A stretch of DNA of 64,000 bases from a bacterium (GTDB lineage: Bacteria; UBA10199; 2-02-FULL-44-16; JAAZCA01): contig CAXXGI010000001.1 in NCBI GenBank assembly GCA_963674695.2, positions 672,001 through 736,000 on the forward strand. Reading direction: 5' to 3'. How positions within the stretch are numbered: position 1 is the stretch's first letter; the number at the start of each line of letters is the position of its first letter. Shown here piece after piece: positions 50,447-59,111 of the stretch. Both the position numbers and the translations under genes were made by a program. The notes under the pieces were generated by a model. It saw nothing but the letters and a program-made list of their open reading frames with translations. It had not been told where the DNA came from and ran no database searches.

Positions 50447-50845
50447 TCAATGCCAACACGGCGCGGTTGAAAAACCTCCGCAGGGTGCTGTCGACAGGCC
50501 ACCGCCCGGTGCGGTGGAGAGCCCACCACCTGGTGCGGTTGAGAGGCCTCCTCCTGGGGCCGTCGAGCGCCCACCGCCTGGTGCCGTTGAAAGACCTCCA
50601 CCCGGCGCCGTTGAAAGCCCACCGCCTGGTGCTGTTGACAGCCCACCGCCCGGGGCGGTTGAGAGCCCACCACCGGGGGCCGTTGACAGACCTCCGCCGG
50701 GAGCCGTCGAGAGACCACCACCGGGTGCGGTCGACAGCCCGCTGCGGATGCCGTAGTTCTTCCAGCCCTGGGCCTGGGCCGGCCCGGCGATCGCGACGAG
50801 GGTGACGAGTGCGAGCGCAAACAGCATTCCATTCATGATCTTCAT
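50447..50845 (-). CDS. Secreted (GGGLSTAP)12 repeat protein, copy 1
   Basis: RBS AAGGAGG, signal peptide AQA-Q, 12 STAP units with varied synonymous codons, ends CGGFSTAPCWH. Confidence 0.85.
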   Translation of the reverse strand: MKIMNGMLFALALVTLVAIAGPAQAQGWKNYGIRSGLSTAPGGGLSTAPGGGLSTAPGGGLSTAPGGGLSTAPGGGLSTAPGGGLSTAPGGGRSTAPGGGLSTAPGGGLSTAPGGGLSTAPCGGFSTAPCWH

Positions 50846-50875
50846 GGGGCCTCCTTGTCTGTTCCCGTTGATACC

Positions 50876-50907
50876 AGTCTTGCACATGCGTGTGTCAGGG
50901 AAGGACG
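50876..50907 (-). promoter_or_regulatory. Shared promoter motif copy 2
   Basis: CGTC-cttccc-TGACA-N11-AAGACT. Confidence 0.55.
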
Positions 50908-50929
50908 TGGGGGTGGGGAGAAATCTTTC

Positions 50930-51051
50930 TGGATCCCCGATTCAAGCACTCCCGCCAGAGGCGGGCAAGCGGGGATGACAGAAATAAGGCGGGATGACAA
51001 GGCGTGGGGGAGCACAAGACTGGATCCCCGATTCCATCACTCGGGGATAAC
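50930..51051. repeat. REP-like palindrome cluster
   Basis: GGATCCCCGA..CACT..CGGGGATGACA units, one containing CCCGCCAGAGGCGGG. Confidence 0.6.
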
Positions 51052-51180
51052 GGGTGTGGGGGGTGGGAGGAATGTGAATATGCAATATGAAGATGCCACC
51101 TGCAAATTACATACCTCTCCTGCAAAGGAAAGGCGTCAGACGAAGTGAACTGAGTTCCATCTTCATGACTACTTCACCTT

Positions 51181-51750
51181 TCAAGAGAAGGGCCAATGGC
51201 CTACATCATCAAATGCTTCGAGATCATCCTCGATATACTGTCCTGATTGACAATCAGTTCCCCAACAACCTCCGTTTGTATCCAGGGCACCGCAATTTGC
51301 GTATGGAGGCTCGGTAGACGGCGTTTTGTCCGAAGATCTCCAATACACGCCCTTCTCACCACACCCTTCCAGGTAATACAGTCCCTCCGATCCTCGGTAC
51401 ACCGCCGTTGTTTCACATGGGGCCCGCCACGGCATAACGTCCAGAACATAGCTTTCATCGAGTATGACCTTACGGAGCTTATGTTCTCCACGCATGACGT
51501 GGAGGAAACAGACAAGACAGAGCAGTTTATGAGGATGAAAAGTGGAATGCTTTGCAGGCCTATGTAATGCAGAATATATTGCCAACATCCCGTTATAGCA
51601 TTTGGCATTTCCTTCATACACGTACGACGGAAGTGATACCGTACCAGGAAGCTCAGCATCACACACGTAAATAGAGTATTCCAGCGGTTTGTCCGTTACG
51701 TATCTGTCAGAAAAGACATTCATATCGATATCCCTGCTCATCATGCTCAC
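51181..51750 (-). CDS. Cys-rich hypothetical protein
   Basis: 189-aa ORF overlapping the upstream stop (GTGA). Confidence 0.55.
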   Translation of the reverse strand: MSMMSRDIDMNVFSDRYVTDKPLEYSIYVCDAELPGTVSLPSYVYEGNAKCYNGMLAIYSALHRPAKHSTFHPHKLLCLVCFLHVMRGEHKLRKVILDESYVLDVMPWRAPCETTAVYRGSEGLYYLEGCGEKGVYWRSSDKTPSTEPPYANCGALDTNGGCWGTDCQSGQYIEDDLEAFDDVGHWPFS

Positions 51751-52169
51751 TTCTTCTTGATCACTCGATCAAGTTCTGCACGAGCAATGTCGATGTCGCC
51801 TGCCAGGAGATCTGTTGCAAGAATTTCAGCGTGGCCATCATTGTAGAGCTCGTGGACCTGAACAAATATGCTTTCAACGATTTTTTCCGGATTCAACGCA
51901 ACAAGGACGAATCGCCACCAGCAATGCGGACAGCCACACTCCTGTACGGTAAATTTATAGACCCAAAGCCCCTCCCCACACGGCAGGGCATAGTGATACT
52001 GAGGACTTCCCTGGTCATACCACGTTTCTGTACTTGCCGATGCGTCAAACCGGCCGCCGATGTAGCCTTTTGCCCACGAAGGAACGGGTGGATATTTTCT
52101 GCCGGTTTTCTTTTTGGCTGGATTCTTCTTAACTACCTTTTTCTTCACCGCCTTTTTGTTTTCCACCAT
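51747..52169 (-). CDS. Hypothetical protein with Lys-rich N-terminus and CGCPHC motif
   Basis: RBS GGAGG 6 nt before ATG 52169. Confidence 0.65.
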   Translation of the reverse strand: MVENKKAVKKKVVKKNPAKKKTGRKYPPVPSWAKGYIGGRFDASASTETWYDQGSPQYHYALPCGEGLWVYKFTVQECGCPHCWWRFVLVALNPEKIVESIFVQVHELYNDGHAEILATDLLAGDIDIARAELDRVIKKK

Positions 52170-52187
52170 AAACATCCTCCGATTCCT

Positions 52188-52733
52188 TCAGCCGGCCAAC
52201 TTCGTTTCATTCAAAAGCCTCACTGCAAATGATCCGCGCCAAGTCATTGAATGACGTCGCGCCCGAATCATTGCGTCGACACCAGCGCGCCACATGCTCG
52301 TCGGAGGCGAGAATAAAGTTTGCTTCGTCTGTTGGGTCCCTTCTACTTTACCTATTTTTTTCTTCACTATCGACAAAACGCGTATGCGTAATTCCAATAA
52401 CGAAGTATAGGCACGGCATCTTTTGGTTATACCGACACTCGAAAATGATTGACTCAACCAATCACAATCTTTCGAGAAGCGTGGCCTTTCTTTTGTTAGC
52501 GAATACACCCCCCACATCTTAGCATTCGAATAAGCACCGGTAGCATAGAATGTTAGGGCATATCCCGCCGATCTCAGTTCAACGGAAAAATCCCGGGCCG
52601 CCGTGGCCAAAGCCATGTTCTCGGTGACACGGCTACTGATTTCTGGCGTAACATTGTCATCACATTTGCGGTTCCCTTTTTCCATTGAAACTCCATTCCC
52701 GTATCGATTCTTTTCATCCAAAATACCCGACAC
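52188..52733 (-). CDS. Doubtful or truncated hypothetical ORF
   Basis: C-terminal part reads out of frame through the HNH remnant. Confidence 0.3.
   Translation of the reverse strand: MSGILDEKNRYGNGVSMEKGNRKCDDNVTPEISSRVTENMALATAARDFSVELRSAGYALTFYATGAYSNAKMWGVYSLTKERPRFSKDCDWLSQSFSSVGITKRCRAYTSLLELRIRVLSIVKKKIGKVEGTQQTKQTLFSPPTSMWRAGVDAMIRARRHSMTWRGSFAVRLLNETKLAG
52235..52313 (-). pseudogene. 79-bp HNH gene remnant
   Basis: Matches 34000-34078 with 4 mismatches. Confidence 0.7.
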
Positions 52734-52784
52734 AAAGGAACGCCAAATGTCATCCTCCTAACAGCCAGCTTTTTATCATTGATA

Positions 52785-53600
52785 TTACGCATCAGTCTGT
52801 TCCAAACGCACGATTAAAGTGCCCAACTCGCTGATAAGCGGGTGTGCCCAGTGTTCACGCGCCATTTTCAGCACCTCTTTTTCAAACCACACCTTCTTGT
52901 CTTTGCCACGATTAAATTTCTTCCATAGATTTGGGCCCTCTTTTTCATATTGCGCGAAAAATGAGTGCAGGTTTGAAATCTTGTCCGCAACGCTCACGGC
53001 AATGGCCCTTTCGCCACCTGCCCTGACAGTCTCAATGTACCGTGTCTTCTTTCGTTCCCAGTCCTTGAGATCATTCATCGATTCGTCATTCGTCACCGCC
53101 TTCACAATCCTGAGCACCTCATCACCGCAGGCACTCCAAATCTCTTCTTCCGCGCACTCCGTGTCCTCCAGCAAATCGTGGCAGTAGCCAGCCGCGATCA
53201 CTTCTGGACCAAACTCACTCTTCCACAACCGTCGGCCCACATCCAGCACATGTTCCATGTATGGATGCCCATCCCCCTTACGTTTTGCGCCCGAATGGTG
53301 CTTCACAATAAGAGGAATGGAATTGAAAATCTCTTGCGAAACAAGTGTAGAGCTCGCGCGAAAGAGTTCCCTTGCCTCGGTATATATGATGAATTCGTAA
53401 CCACCATCTTCGCCCTTCTGGAGCCAATTGTCATAGGATTTCATTTTCGGATTCTCATGAATAAAACCACCGACCGCCGTCCGTAGCATGTGATCCAAAT
53501 CCACACCCTCCTCAAGGATTGCATATCGTTCATCATCGAAAAAATCAGCTGTTGGTATGGCATCTGTGACATCGATTTTTGCCAATGTGTACATAGGCAT
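52785..53600 (-). CDS. HD-domain (p)ppGpp-hydrolase-like (SAH/Mesh1) protein with N-terminal extension
   Basis: H.G..RK..G.PY..H, AGYCHDLLEDT, VTND, ADKISNL; RBS GAGGGG before ATG 53600. Confidence 0.85.
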   Translation of the reverse strand: MPMYTLAKIDVTDAIPTADFFDDERYAILEEGVDLDHMLRTAVGGFIHENPKMKSYDNWLQKGEDGGYEFIIYTEARELFRASSTLVSQEIFNSIPLIVKHHSGAKRKGDGHPYMEHVLDVGRRLWKSEFGPEVIAAGYCHDLLEDTECAEEEIWSACGDEVLRIVKAVTNDESMNDLKDWERKKTRYIETVRAGGERAIAVSVADKISNLHSFFAQYEKEGPNLWKKFNRGKDKKVWFEKEVLKMAREHWAHPLISELGTLIVRLEQTDA

Positions 53601-53621
53601 TGTAATCCCCCTCATGAACTG

Positions 53622-53705
53622 GATGACTTCAGGAGCTAGGACGTTTGTGAAATCTTCGAGGCTTTCATCCTTGAGCCAGAAGAGATCGCGGTTCACCTTT
53701 TCGCG
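53622..53705 (-). pseudogene. Type I RM HsdM C-terminal remnant
   Basis: REKVNRDLFWLKDESLEDFTNVLAPEVI resembles the conserved HsdM tail LDIFWLKDESL..LP.P.V. Confidence 0.55.
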
Positions 53706-53847
53706 CCAACCTGAAATCGCACCCGATGCCGGTAATATCAAGCGCTTATTGGGCGCTGCGGAGCAATGGATATGGGATCCCCTGCCGCCAAACCGGCGGG
53801 CACAATCCGCTTCACGGGAATGACACCATTCTGAAATCCGTTTTGGC

Positions 53848-54246
53848 CTAATGCCAACACGGCGCGGTGGACAGTCCGCCGCAGGGGGCGGTGGAAAGGC
53901 CGCCACCGGGGGCTGTCGAGAGGCCCCCGCCGGGTGCCGTCGACAATCCTCCGCCTGGTGCGGTTGAGAGCCCACCACCTGGTGCGGTTGATAATCCCCC
54001 GCCCGGAGCGGTTGAGAGCCCACCACCGGGTGCCGTTGACAATCCTCCGCCCGGGGCTGTTGAAAGGCCACCCCCCGGTGCGGTGGACAATCCGCCGCCT
54101 GGCGCTGTGGACAGTCCACCACCGGGCGCGGTCGACAGCCCGCTGCGGATGCCGTAGTTCTTCCAGCCCTGCGCCTGGGCCGGCCCGGCGAGCGCGACGA
54201 TGGTGACGAGTGCGAGCGCAAACAGCATTCCATTCATGATCTTCAT
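53848..54246 (-). CDS. Secreted (GGGLSTAP)12 repeat protein, copy 2
   Basis: 132 aa, near-identical protein to copy 1 with many synonymous differences; RBS GAGGAGG. Confidence 0.85.
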   Translation of the reverse strand: MKIMNGMLFALALVTIVALAGPAQAQGWKNYGIRSGLSTAPGGGLSTAPGGGLSTAPGGGLSTAPGGGLSTAPGGGLSTAPGGGLSTAPGGGLSTAPGGGLSTAPGGGLSTAPGGGLSTAPCGGLSTAPCWH

Positions 54247-54276
54247 ATGGCCTCCTCTCAAAACCTGTTTCAATCG

Positions 54277-54374
54277 AGATCCCCGATTACCCCACTCCCG
54301 CCAGAGGCGGGCAAGCGGGGATGACAGAAGCGGAAGTCCCGGGGATGACAACCGTAAGGGCCCCCGGGGATGAC
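54277..54374. repeat. REP-like palindrome cluster
   Basis: Three GGGGATGAC-ending hairpins. Confidence 0.55.
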
Positions 54375-54451
54375 CGGCGTGCAGATGCGGGGCTGTTTGT
54401 GTTGAAATCCGCCACGCATCCGTTTGTTTCCACGAACTATAGCGCAAAAGA

Positions 54452-55060
54452 TCATCGCCGATACTTATTGCCCTTTTTGCTCGGCACAACCTGGACGTCG
54501 TCTTCGCCCGCCCCGGCGGCATTAAACTTGGCAGCCGATGCCTGCGCAGCGGCTGCCGCCTCCTTCTCCTCCGCCTTCTTCGCCGCTTTTTGCTCCTTCA
54601 AGCTCGGCCCTTTGTCCTCATACACGATCGTCCTGCCGCTGATCGCCTGCAACTCCTGGGCGAATGCGAAGCCATATTTCTTCTTCGTCTGGATGGTGAT
54701 GCTGTCCTTCATGCCGTTCGCGGTCATGTACTCGATGCCGAAGTTGTCGCGTTTCTTTTTGGCGAAGAGCATGAAGAGAAAAACCGGCGCCAAGACCACT
54801 GCCGTAGCAACACTCTCAGCCACGCGCCGACGCGCATACTCACCGCCGGCAAGGGCTGTAATGCTATCGCCCGAGATCGTGCGATTGAGTTCTTTGAGCG
54901 ACTTCGACTTATAGGCGACTGTGAGAACGCCGTTATCGATCTCTACCTTGCAGCTGCTGAACTTCCCCTTTTTATTGATGCACTCTGCCTCATAGGCGTA
55001 GCTTGCCGTGGACGACATCAATAATAGGAAACACACTGTCAGACACACAATCCTCTTCAT
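54452..55060 (-). CDS. Exported/membrane hypothetical protein
   Basis: Signal peptide, Cys pair, internal hydrophobic segment, Ala/Lys-rich tail; RBS GGGAGG. Confidence 0.8.
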   Translation of the reverse strand: MKRIVCLTVCFLLLMSSTASYAYEAECINKKGKFSSCKVEIDNGVLTVAYKSKSLKELNRTISGDSITALAGGEYARRRVAESVATAVVLAPVFLFMLFAKKKRDNFGIEYMTANGMKDSITIQTKKKYGFAFAQELQAISGRTIVYEDKGPSLKEQKAAKKAEEKEAAAAAQASAAKFNAAGAGEDDVQVVPSKKGNKYRR

Positions 55061-55088
55061 GAATACCTCCCGTGTGGGTTGCAGGGAA

Positions 55089-55120
55089 ATATTAGCCCAG
55101 GGGTGTGTCAGGGAAGGTCG
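55089..55120 (-). promoter_or_regulatory. Shared promoter motif copy 3
   Basis: CGAC-cttccc-TGACA-N11-TAATAT. Confidence 0.6.
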
Positions 55121-55137
55121 TGGGTGGGGGGAATTTC

Positions 55138-55393
55138 AAGGGATCCCTCCACTCGCTCTGCTCGGTCGGGATGACAACGACGGGGCTGGATCCCCGATTA
55201 CACCACTCCCGCCAGAGGCGGGCAAGCGGGGATGACAGGCGTGGGGGCAGGCGGGGGTGACACAAGCTGGGGGCCTCGGAGATGACGGGGGATCCTTCGC
55301 TTCACTCAGGATGACAAGCGCTAGGTCTCCCCCACCCCAGCCCTCCCCCCTCCACACAACCGGCGGGCATGCTTACAACGGGGAGGGGGTTTT
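55138..55393. repeat. Mixed REP-like palindrome cluster
   Basis: Several GGATGACA-ending hairpins plus a CCCTCCCC/GGGGAGGG type. Confidence 0.55.
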
Positions 55394-56374
55394 TCATGCG
55401 TTGTATTTCTCGGCGGCGGCGGTGTGTTCGGTGGCGAGTTCTTTGCGCAGTTCTTTGGGGGTGATCACTTCGGCGAGCGAGCCGAAGGAGAGCACCCAGC
55501 TCTTCACCTCGGCCAAGCCCTCGACGGTCATGGCAAGCGTTGCCCCGCCATCGGCCTCCTCCGTGATCTCCTGCGTCGGGTGCCAGCGACGCTCCTTCAC
55601 ATAGTAGGCCACCTTCTTGTCGAAGCGAATTTCCACATCGGTCGACTCGCCGTCCATCACGCGAAATCGGCCCTTCGTGAAATCTTCCATATTGAAATCT
55701 GCCGGCAGCTGAAAGATGTCGTCGGTGAGCGCGGCCTGCTCGATGCGGTCGAGCACGAACATGCGAATCTGGCCGCGCTCGTGGCAGTGGGCCACAACGT
55801 AGATCGTGCCGCCCATGAACCAGACGTGATAGGGGTCGATGCGACGCTCGAGCGCCTCACCCTTGCCGGAACGATAGCGGATGCGCACGGTACGGTGGTC
55901 GAGGACCGCGCGATTGACGGTGTCGATCGTGTCGCGGTGCTTGCGATAGTCGCGCGCACCGGTCACGCCCACTTTGAACTTCTGCGCCAGCGAATCGATG
56001 AAGACGAGCGACTCCGGCCCGAGCATGGAGCGGACCTTCTTGAACGCCTCGCCGAGCGACTCGGAAAACGCGGTCCCCTCGAACGCCTTGAGGTGATCGT
56101 GCGCGATGGTCAGCGCCATCAGTTCGGTGAGCGCAAAGGGGATGGGCATCTTCGACCGATAGCCCTCGACGAAGAACCAGCGCTCGGCATCGCCCTCATC
56201 CTTTTCGGAATAAATCGGGAAGCCGGCGGTCTCGAGCGCCTCCATGTCGCGATAGACCGTGCGCACGTTCGCCTCGAGTTCGGCGGCCAGCTCCGGCACG
56301 GTCACGCCCTTGCGGCGGGCTTCGAGCAACTGCAGGATCTTCCATTGACGGGAAATCTGATCACCGCGCGGCAT
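55394..56374 (-). CDS. HTH-WYL-WCX transcriptional regulator (YafY/PafC/DriD-like)
   Basis: ELAAELEANVRTVYRDMEAL HTH, RRIDPY, IYVVAHC..R..IRMFVLDRI, WVLSFG..AEVITP. Confidence 0.92.
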   Translation of the reverse strand: MPRGDQISRQWKILQLLEARRKGVTVPELAAELEANVRTVYRDMEALETAGFPIYSEKDEGDAERWFFVEGYRSKMPIPFALTELMALTIAHDHLKAFEGTAFSESLGEAFKKVRSMLGPESLVFIDSLAQKFKVGVTGARDYRKHRDTIDTVNRAVLDHRTVRIRYRSGKGEALERRIDPYHVWFMGGTIYVVAHCHERGQIRMFVLDRIEQAALTDDIFQLPADFNMEDFTKGRFRVMDGESTDVEIRFDKKVAYYVKERRWHPTQEITEEADGGATLAMTVEGLAEVKSWVLSFGSLAEVITPKELRKELATEHTAAAEKYNA

Positions 56375-56416
56375 GGAAACCCCCTTTTCACAGCTAGATG
56401 CTTTTAATAAAAGAGC

Positions 56417-56563
56417 GATGTTGATGACAAACCCTGCTATTGTCATCCTGAGCGAGGCCGGAACGGACGAGTCGAAGGATCTCATGAGATTCCTCGACTC
56501 CCCCGGCATCATACGATGCCGGGTCCGCTCGGAATGACATCATGGAACTTTGTCAGCAGTCTG
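56417..56563. mobile_element. 147-bp MITE-like element, inverted relative of 5092..5238
   Basis: Right end ACTTTGTCAGCAGTCTG is the reverse complement of the 5092 end; degenerate 17-bp flanking repeat (56400-56416, 56564-56580; 13/17); different internal REP. Confidence 0.55.
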
Positions 56564-56627
56564 GCTCCTTATAGAAGAGCACATGCAAGACTGCAACGCC
56601 CTCTGCCCGATAAGCGATGAAAAACAC

Positions 56628-57032
56628 TCATGACTCAACAAGTGAATCACATATCGTCTGCAACCGCTGATGAAAACGGCGCACGCTGTTCGCGTCGAGG
56701 TGCGTGCGAAAGGTGATCTCGCCGCCATCGACGATGGCGCGCGTTTCGAAGAGGATGGCGCCGTCGGGCAATTGCCAAAACGAAAAGAGGACGCGGGCGT
56801 TGCGCAGCAGTGCCGCCCCTTTGCGCAGCTCATCCGTATTCAGACGGTGAATGAAGGCACGACACTCGGCAAAGCCGTCCGGCCATAAAAATTCCTCGTG
56901 CACCACAAGGCTGGAGCGGCCGATGCCACCGGGGACACGCAACTGCGCGATAACGCCAACACCTTCTTCACGCTGCGCAAGCGTGAGATCAAAAAATGCC
57001 GCCTTGGTGCTGTCGAGAATCAACCGCGTCAT
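56628..57032 (-). CDS. Hypothetical protein
   Basis: RBS GAGGTG, own promoter motif. Confidence 0.7.
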   Translation of the reverse strand: MTRLILDSTKAAFFDLTLAQREEGVGVIAQLRVPGGIGRSSLVVHEEFLWPDGFAECRAFIHRLNTDELRKGAALLRNARVLFSFWQLPDGAILFETRAIVDGGEITFRTHLDANSVRRFHQRLQTICDSLVES

Positions 57033-57049
57033 CTTTCACCTCTGCTCGC

Positions 57050-57081
57050 ATCATACACCCCGGATGCGGCAAGGAGGGTCA
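57050..57081 (-). promoter_or_regulatory. Shared promoter motif copy 4
   Basis: TGAC-cctcct-TGCCG-N11-TATGAT. Confidence 0.55.
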
Positions 57082-57091
57082 TGCCACTTCA

Positions 57092-57625
57092 TCAATGGAG
57101 CGAGCGATCGGCCTCTCGCTCCGGCGCCTCTTCGACCACGGCGGAGGCGACGATGTGTTTCCCGTCGCCCATCTCGTCGATGTGGTCCATGAGCAATCGC
57201 GCCATGCGTCGGCGGTACATCACGATATGTTCGCAGGCCGCGACCAGGTCCGACGACGATCGCACCTGCGGCAGACGGCAGCCGATGATGAACCCCGCAT
57301 CCTCGCAGCCGACATCGATGCCGTAGGCCTCGGTGCACTCGCGCAGACACTCCACAAAGGCCGCGGGCGCGCGCTCCATGACGTCGACCAGATGCATCTG
57401 CACGAAGGCCTCCGGGCCCGATGCATCCGATAGAGGCGTGAATGTGATGCGACAACCGCAGCGGCGATACCCCCCATATATAATGATACGACGCTCCTGC
57501 ACCTGCCCGGAGATCTCGATAACGGTGAGCCCGTCGATCTCATCGATGAGGTTCACGACGCGCGCCATGAGCTGGTGTATCTGCTGAACCTCGGAACGTT
57601 CTGTGACTTCGCGGAGATGCTCCAT
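57092..57625 (-). CDS. Hypothetical protein, possibly YbjN/T3S-chaperone-like fold
   Basis: RBS AAAGGAG before ATG 57625; fold guess from secondary-structure pattern only. Confidence 0.65.
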   Translation of the reverse strand: MEHLREVTERSEVQQIHQLMARVVNLIDEIDGLTVIEISGQVQERRIIIYGGYRRCGCRITFTPLSDASGPEAFVQMHLVDVMERAPAAFVECLRECTEAYGIDVGCEDAGFIIGCRLPQVRSSSDLVAACEHIVMYRRRMARLLMDHIDEMGDGKHIVASAVVEEAPEREADRSLH

Positions 57626-57668
57626 CAACCGCTCCTTTCCGGGCAACGACCTACTGCCAGATTTTCGC

Positions 57669-57700
57669 AGGATACCCCAATGGCGTGTCACCCAAGGTCA
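57669..57700 (-). promoter_or_regulatory. Shared promoter motif copy 5
   Basis: TGAC-cttggg-TGACA-N11-TATCCT. Confidence 0.6.
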
Positions 57701-57740
57701 CGTCCGATAAAAAATATTTTCCTATTTCATCATTCCACCG

Positions 57741-57772
57741 TGACCCTCCCTGACAGCGTGCCGCGCTATTGT
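57741..57772 (+). promoter_or_regulatory. Shared promoter motif copy 6
   Basis: TGAC-cctccc-TGACA-N11-TATTGT. Confidence 0.6.
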
Positions 57773-57818
57773 TTGCGCAAAGGAAGATTCCCTTTTCATC
57801 TGACAAAGGAGGCAGACC

Positions 57819-58949
57819 ATGAAAACGATACGAACGATAGCGATGCTCGCCCTCATCGCCCTGGTGGCGGCATGCGGCGGTGGCGGTGGTGGAACGAGCA
57901 CGCCGCCCGATGCCGAAGGGGGTGATAGTGGCGGCGATGAAACCGGTGGCGATACAACTGCCAACACGACACTCAGCGATACGGCAGCAAGCGCCACATC
58001 GCAGGCCATCTCCATCGCTGCACTCAGCACGCTCTCGCAGGTGGGAGGCGCAGCACCGGCGGGACAGGTCGTCACCAAGGCAGCGCTCGAGGCCCTCAAA
58101 CAGAGCGGGTCGCTTTCGACGACGGTGACGGGAACGAACGGGGGCTCATGTGCGGTGACCGCGAGCGGGTCGAGCAGCACGACGACCGACCCGATGACGC
58201 TCGCCCTTTCCGGCACGATGCAATGCGACGCCTATGCGGAGACCATCGCCCTCAGCGGCGGCGACACGTCGGTCATTCTCACGGGTGCAATCAGCATCTC
58301 GTTCACAGGATCGATGTCGCAGGATTTTAGCAGTATCGAAATAAGTTCATCGATGAGCTGGACCGATCTGGCGGCAAGCATCGCGGGAACGACCTACAGC
58401 GATGTTTCGGGAGACTACACCCTCTCCATCTCCGGTGGCATCGGGTCGTTGGCATTTGCAGAATCTGGCACGGTGGGCAATTGCGCCGTCTCGAACACTT
58501 ACACCTTCACCAGCGAGCTCGAAGAAACGCCCGAAGCTCCGGCAGAAGCGAGCACACCGACAGACCCCGGGACAAGCGAAGAAGAAAACCTCGACGACGC
58601 CTTTGTGGTCACCTCGACGCTGGTCATCTATGGACAGGACGGAACATTTTTGGGAGTCGTCGACACAAACCGCTTCAACTCCGACTCGGTCTGCAATGGA
58701 TTCGGCACCTACGGCAGCCGATATTCGAGTTATTCCATCTGGAATGAATATGGCACCTATGGTGGCGACTATGGCATCAATAGCGCCTTCAACGAATATG
58801 GGAGCTATCCGCCGATCCTATATGAATGGGATGGCGTGAACTTGAACGCGCTCTACTATGTGACGACCAATCCGTACAAAAACCCGCGCATCGATGCCTA
58901 TGCGATGCTGGGTGAACTGCGCTCCTATGGATGCAACATCGAGCGATAG
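57819..58949 (+). CDS. Lipoprotein with Ser/Thr-rich beta domain and C-terminal N-x-YGxYG repeat domain
   Basis: VAAC lipobox, RBS AAGGAGG, SVCNGFGTYGSRYSSYSIWNEYGTYG..SAFN..PP. Confidence 0.85.
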   Translation: MKTIRTIAMLALIALVAACGGGGGGTSTPPDAEGGDSGGDETGGDTTANTTLSDTAASATSQAISIAALSTLSQVGGAAPAGQVVTKAALEALKQSGSLSTTVTGTNGGSCAVTASGSSSTTTDPMTLALSGTMQCDAYAETIALSGGDTSVILTGAISISFTGSMSQDFSSIEISSSMSWTDLAASIAGTTYSDVSGDYTLSISGGIGSLAFAESGTVGNCAVSNTYTFTSELEETPEAPAEASTPTDPGTSEEENLDDAFVVTSTLVIYGQDGTFLGVVDTNRFNSDSVCNGFGTYGSRYSSYSIWNEYGTYGGDYGINSAFNEYGSYPPILYEWDGVNLNALYYVTTNPYKNPRIDAYAMLGELRSYGCNIER

Positions 58950-58980
58950 CGATGGGAATCCAAGTTGACGATTTTTACGT

Positions 58981-59066
58981 TCCCTCCCCTTTGTAAGGGG
59001 AGGGCTAGGGTGGGGTAGATCTGCGATCTACCTCCCCCATCCCCTCCTTACAAAGGAGGGGGGAGT
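58981..59066. repeat. REP-like inverted pair
   Basis: CCCTCCCCTTTGTAAGGGGAGGG and CCCCTCCTTACAAAGGAGGGG hairpins. Confidence 0.6.
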
Positions 59067-59080
59067 TTATCCTCACTCTC

Positions 59081-59111
59081 AGGGCCGCCAACATCGGCGG
59101 CCCTTTTCTTT
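59081..59111. terminator. Intrinsic terminator
   Basis: AGGGCCGCC-AACATC-GGCGGCCCT followed by T-rich run. Confidence 0.65.

Noticed and set aside
52235-52313. DGR template/variable repeat pair with the HNH gene
   Set aside because: Mismatches are not confined to adenines and there is no reverse transcriptase in the window
50450-54140. 24-bp periodic repeats as CRISPR arrays
   Set aside because: No spacers; variation falls at third codon positions of an ORF with RBS and signal peptide; no cas genes
52785-54233. 482-aa ORF as a repeat-HD fusion
   Set aside because: The N-terminal part is an alternative frame of the repeat gene plus an hsdM scar; a proper RBS and ATG lie at 53600
55394-56374. 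Calling the WYL gene brxR
   Set aside because: It is over 5 kb from brxA with intervening genes and has YafY/PafC-like architecture
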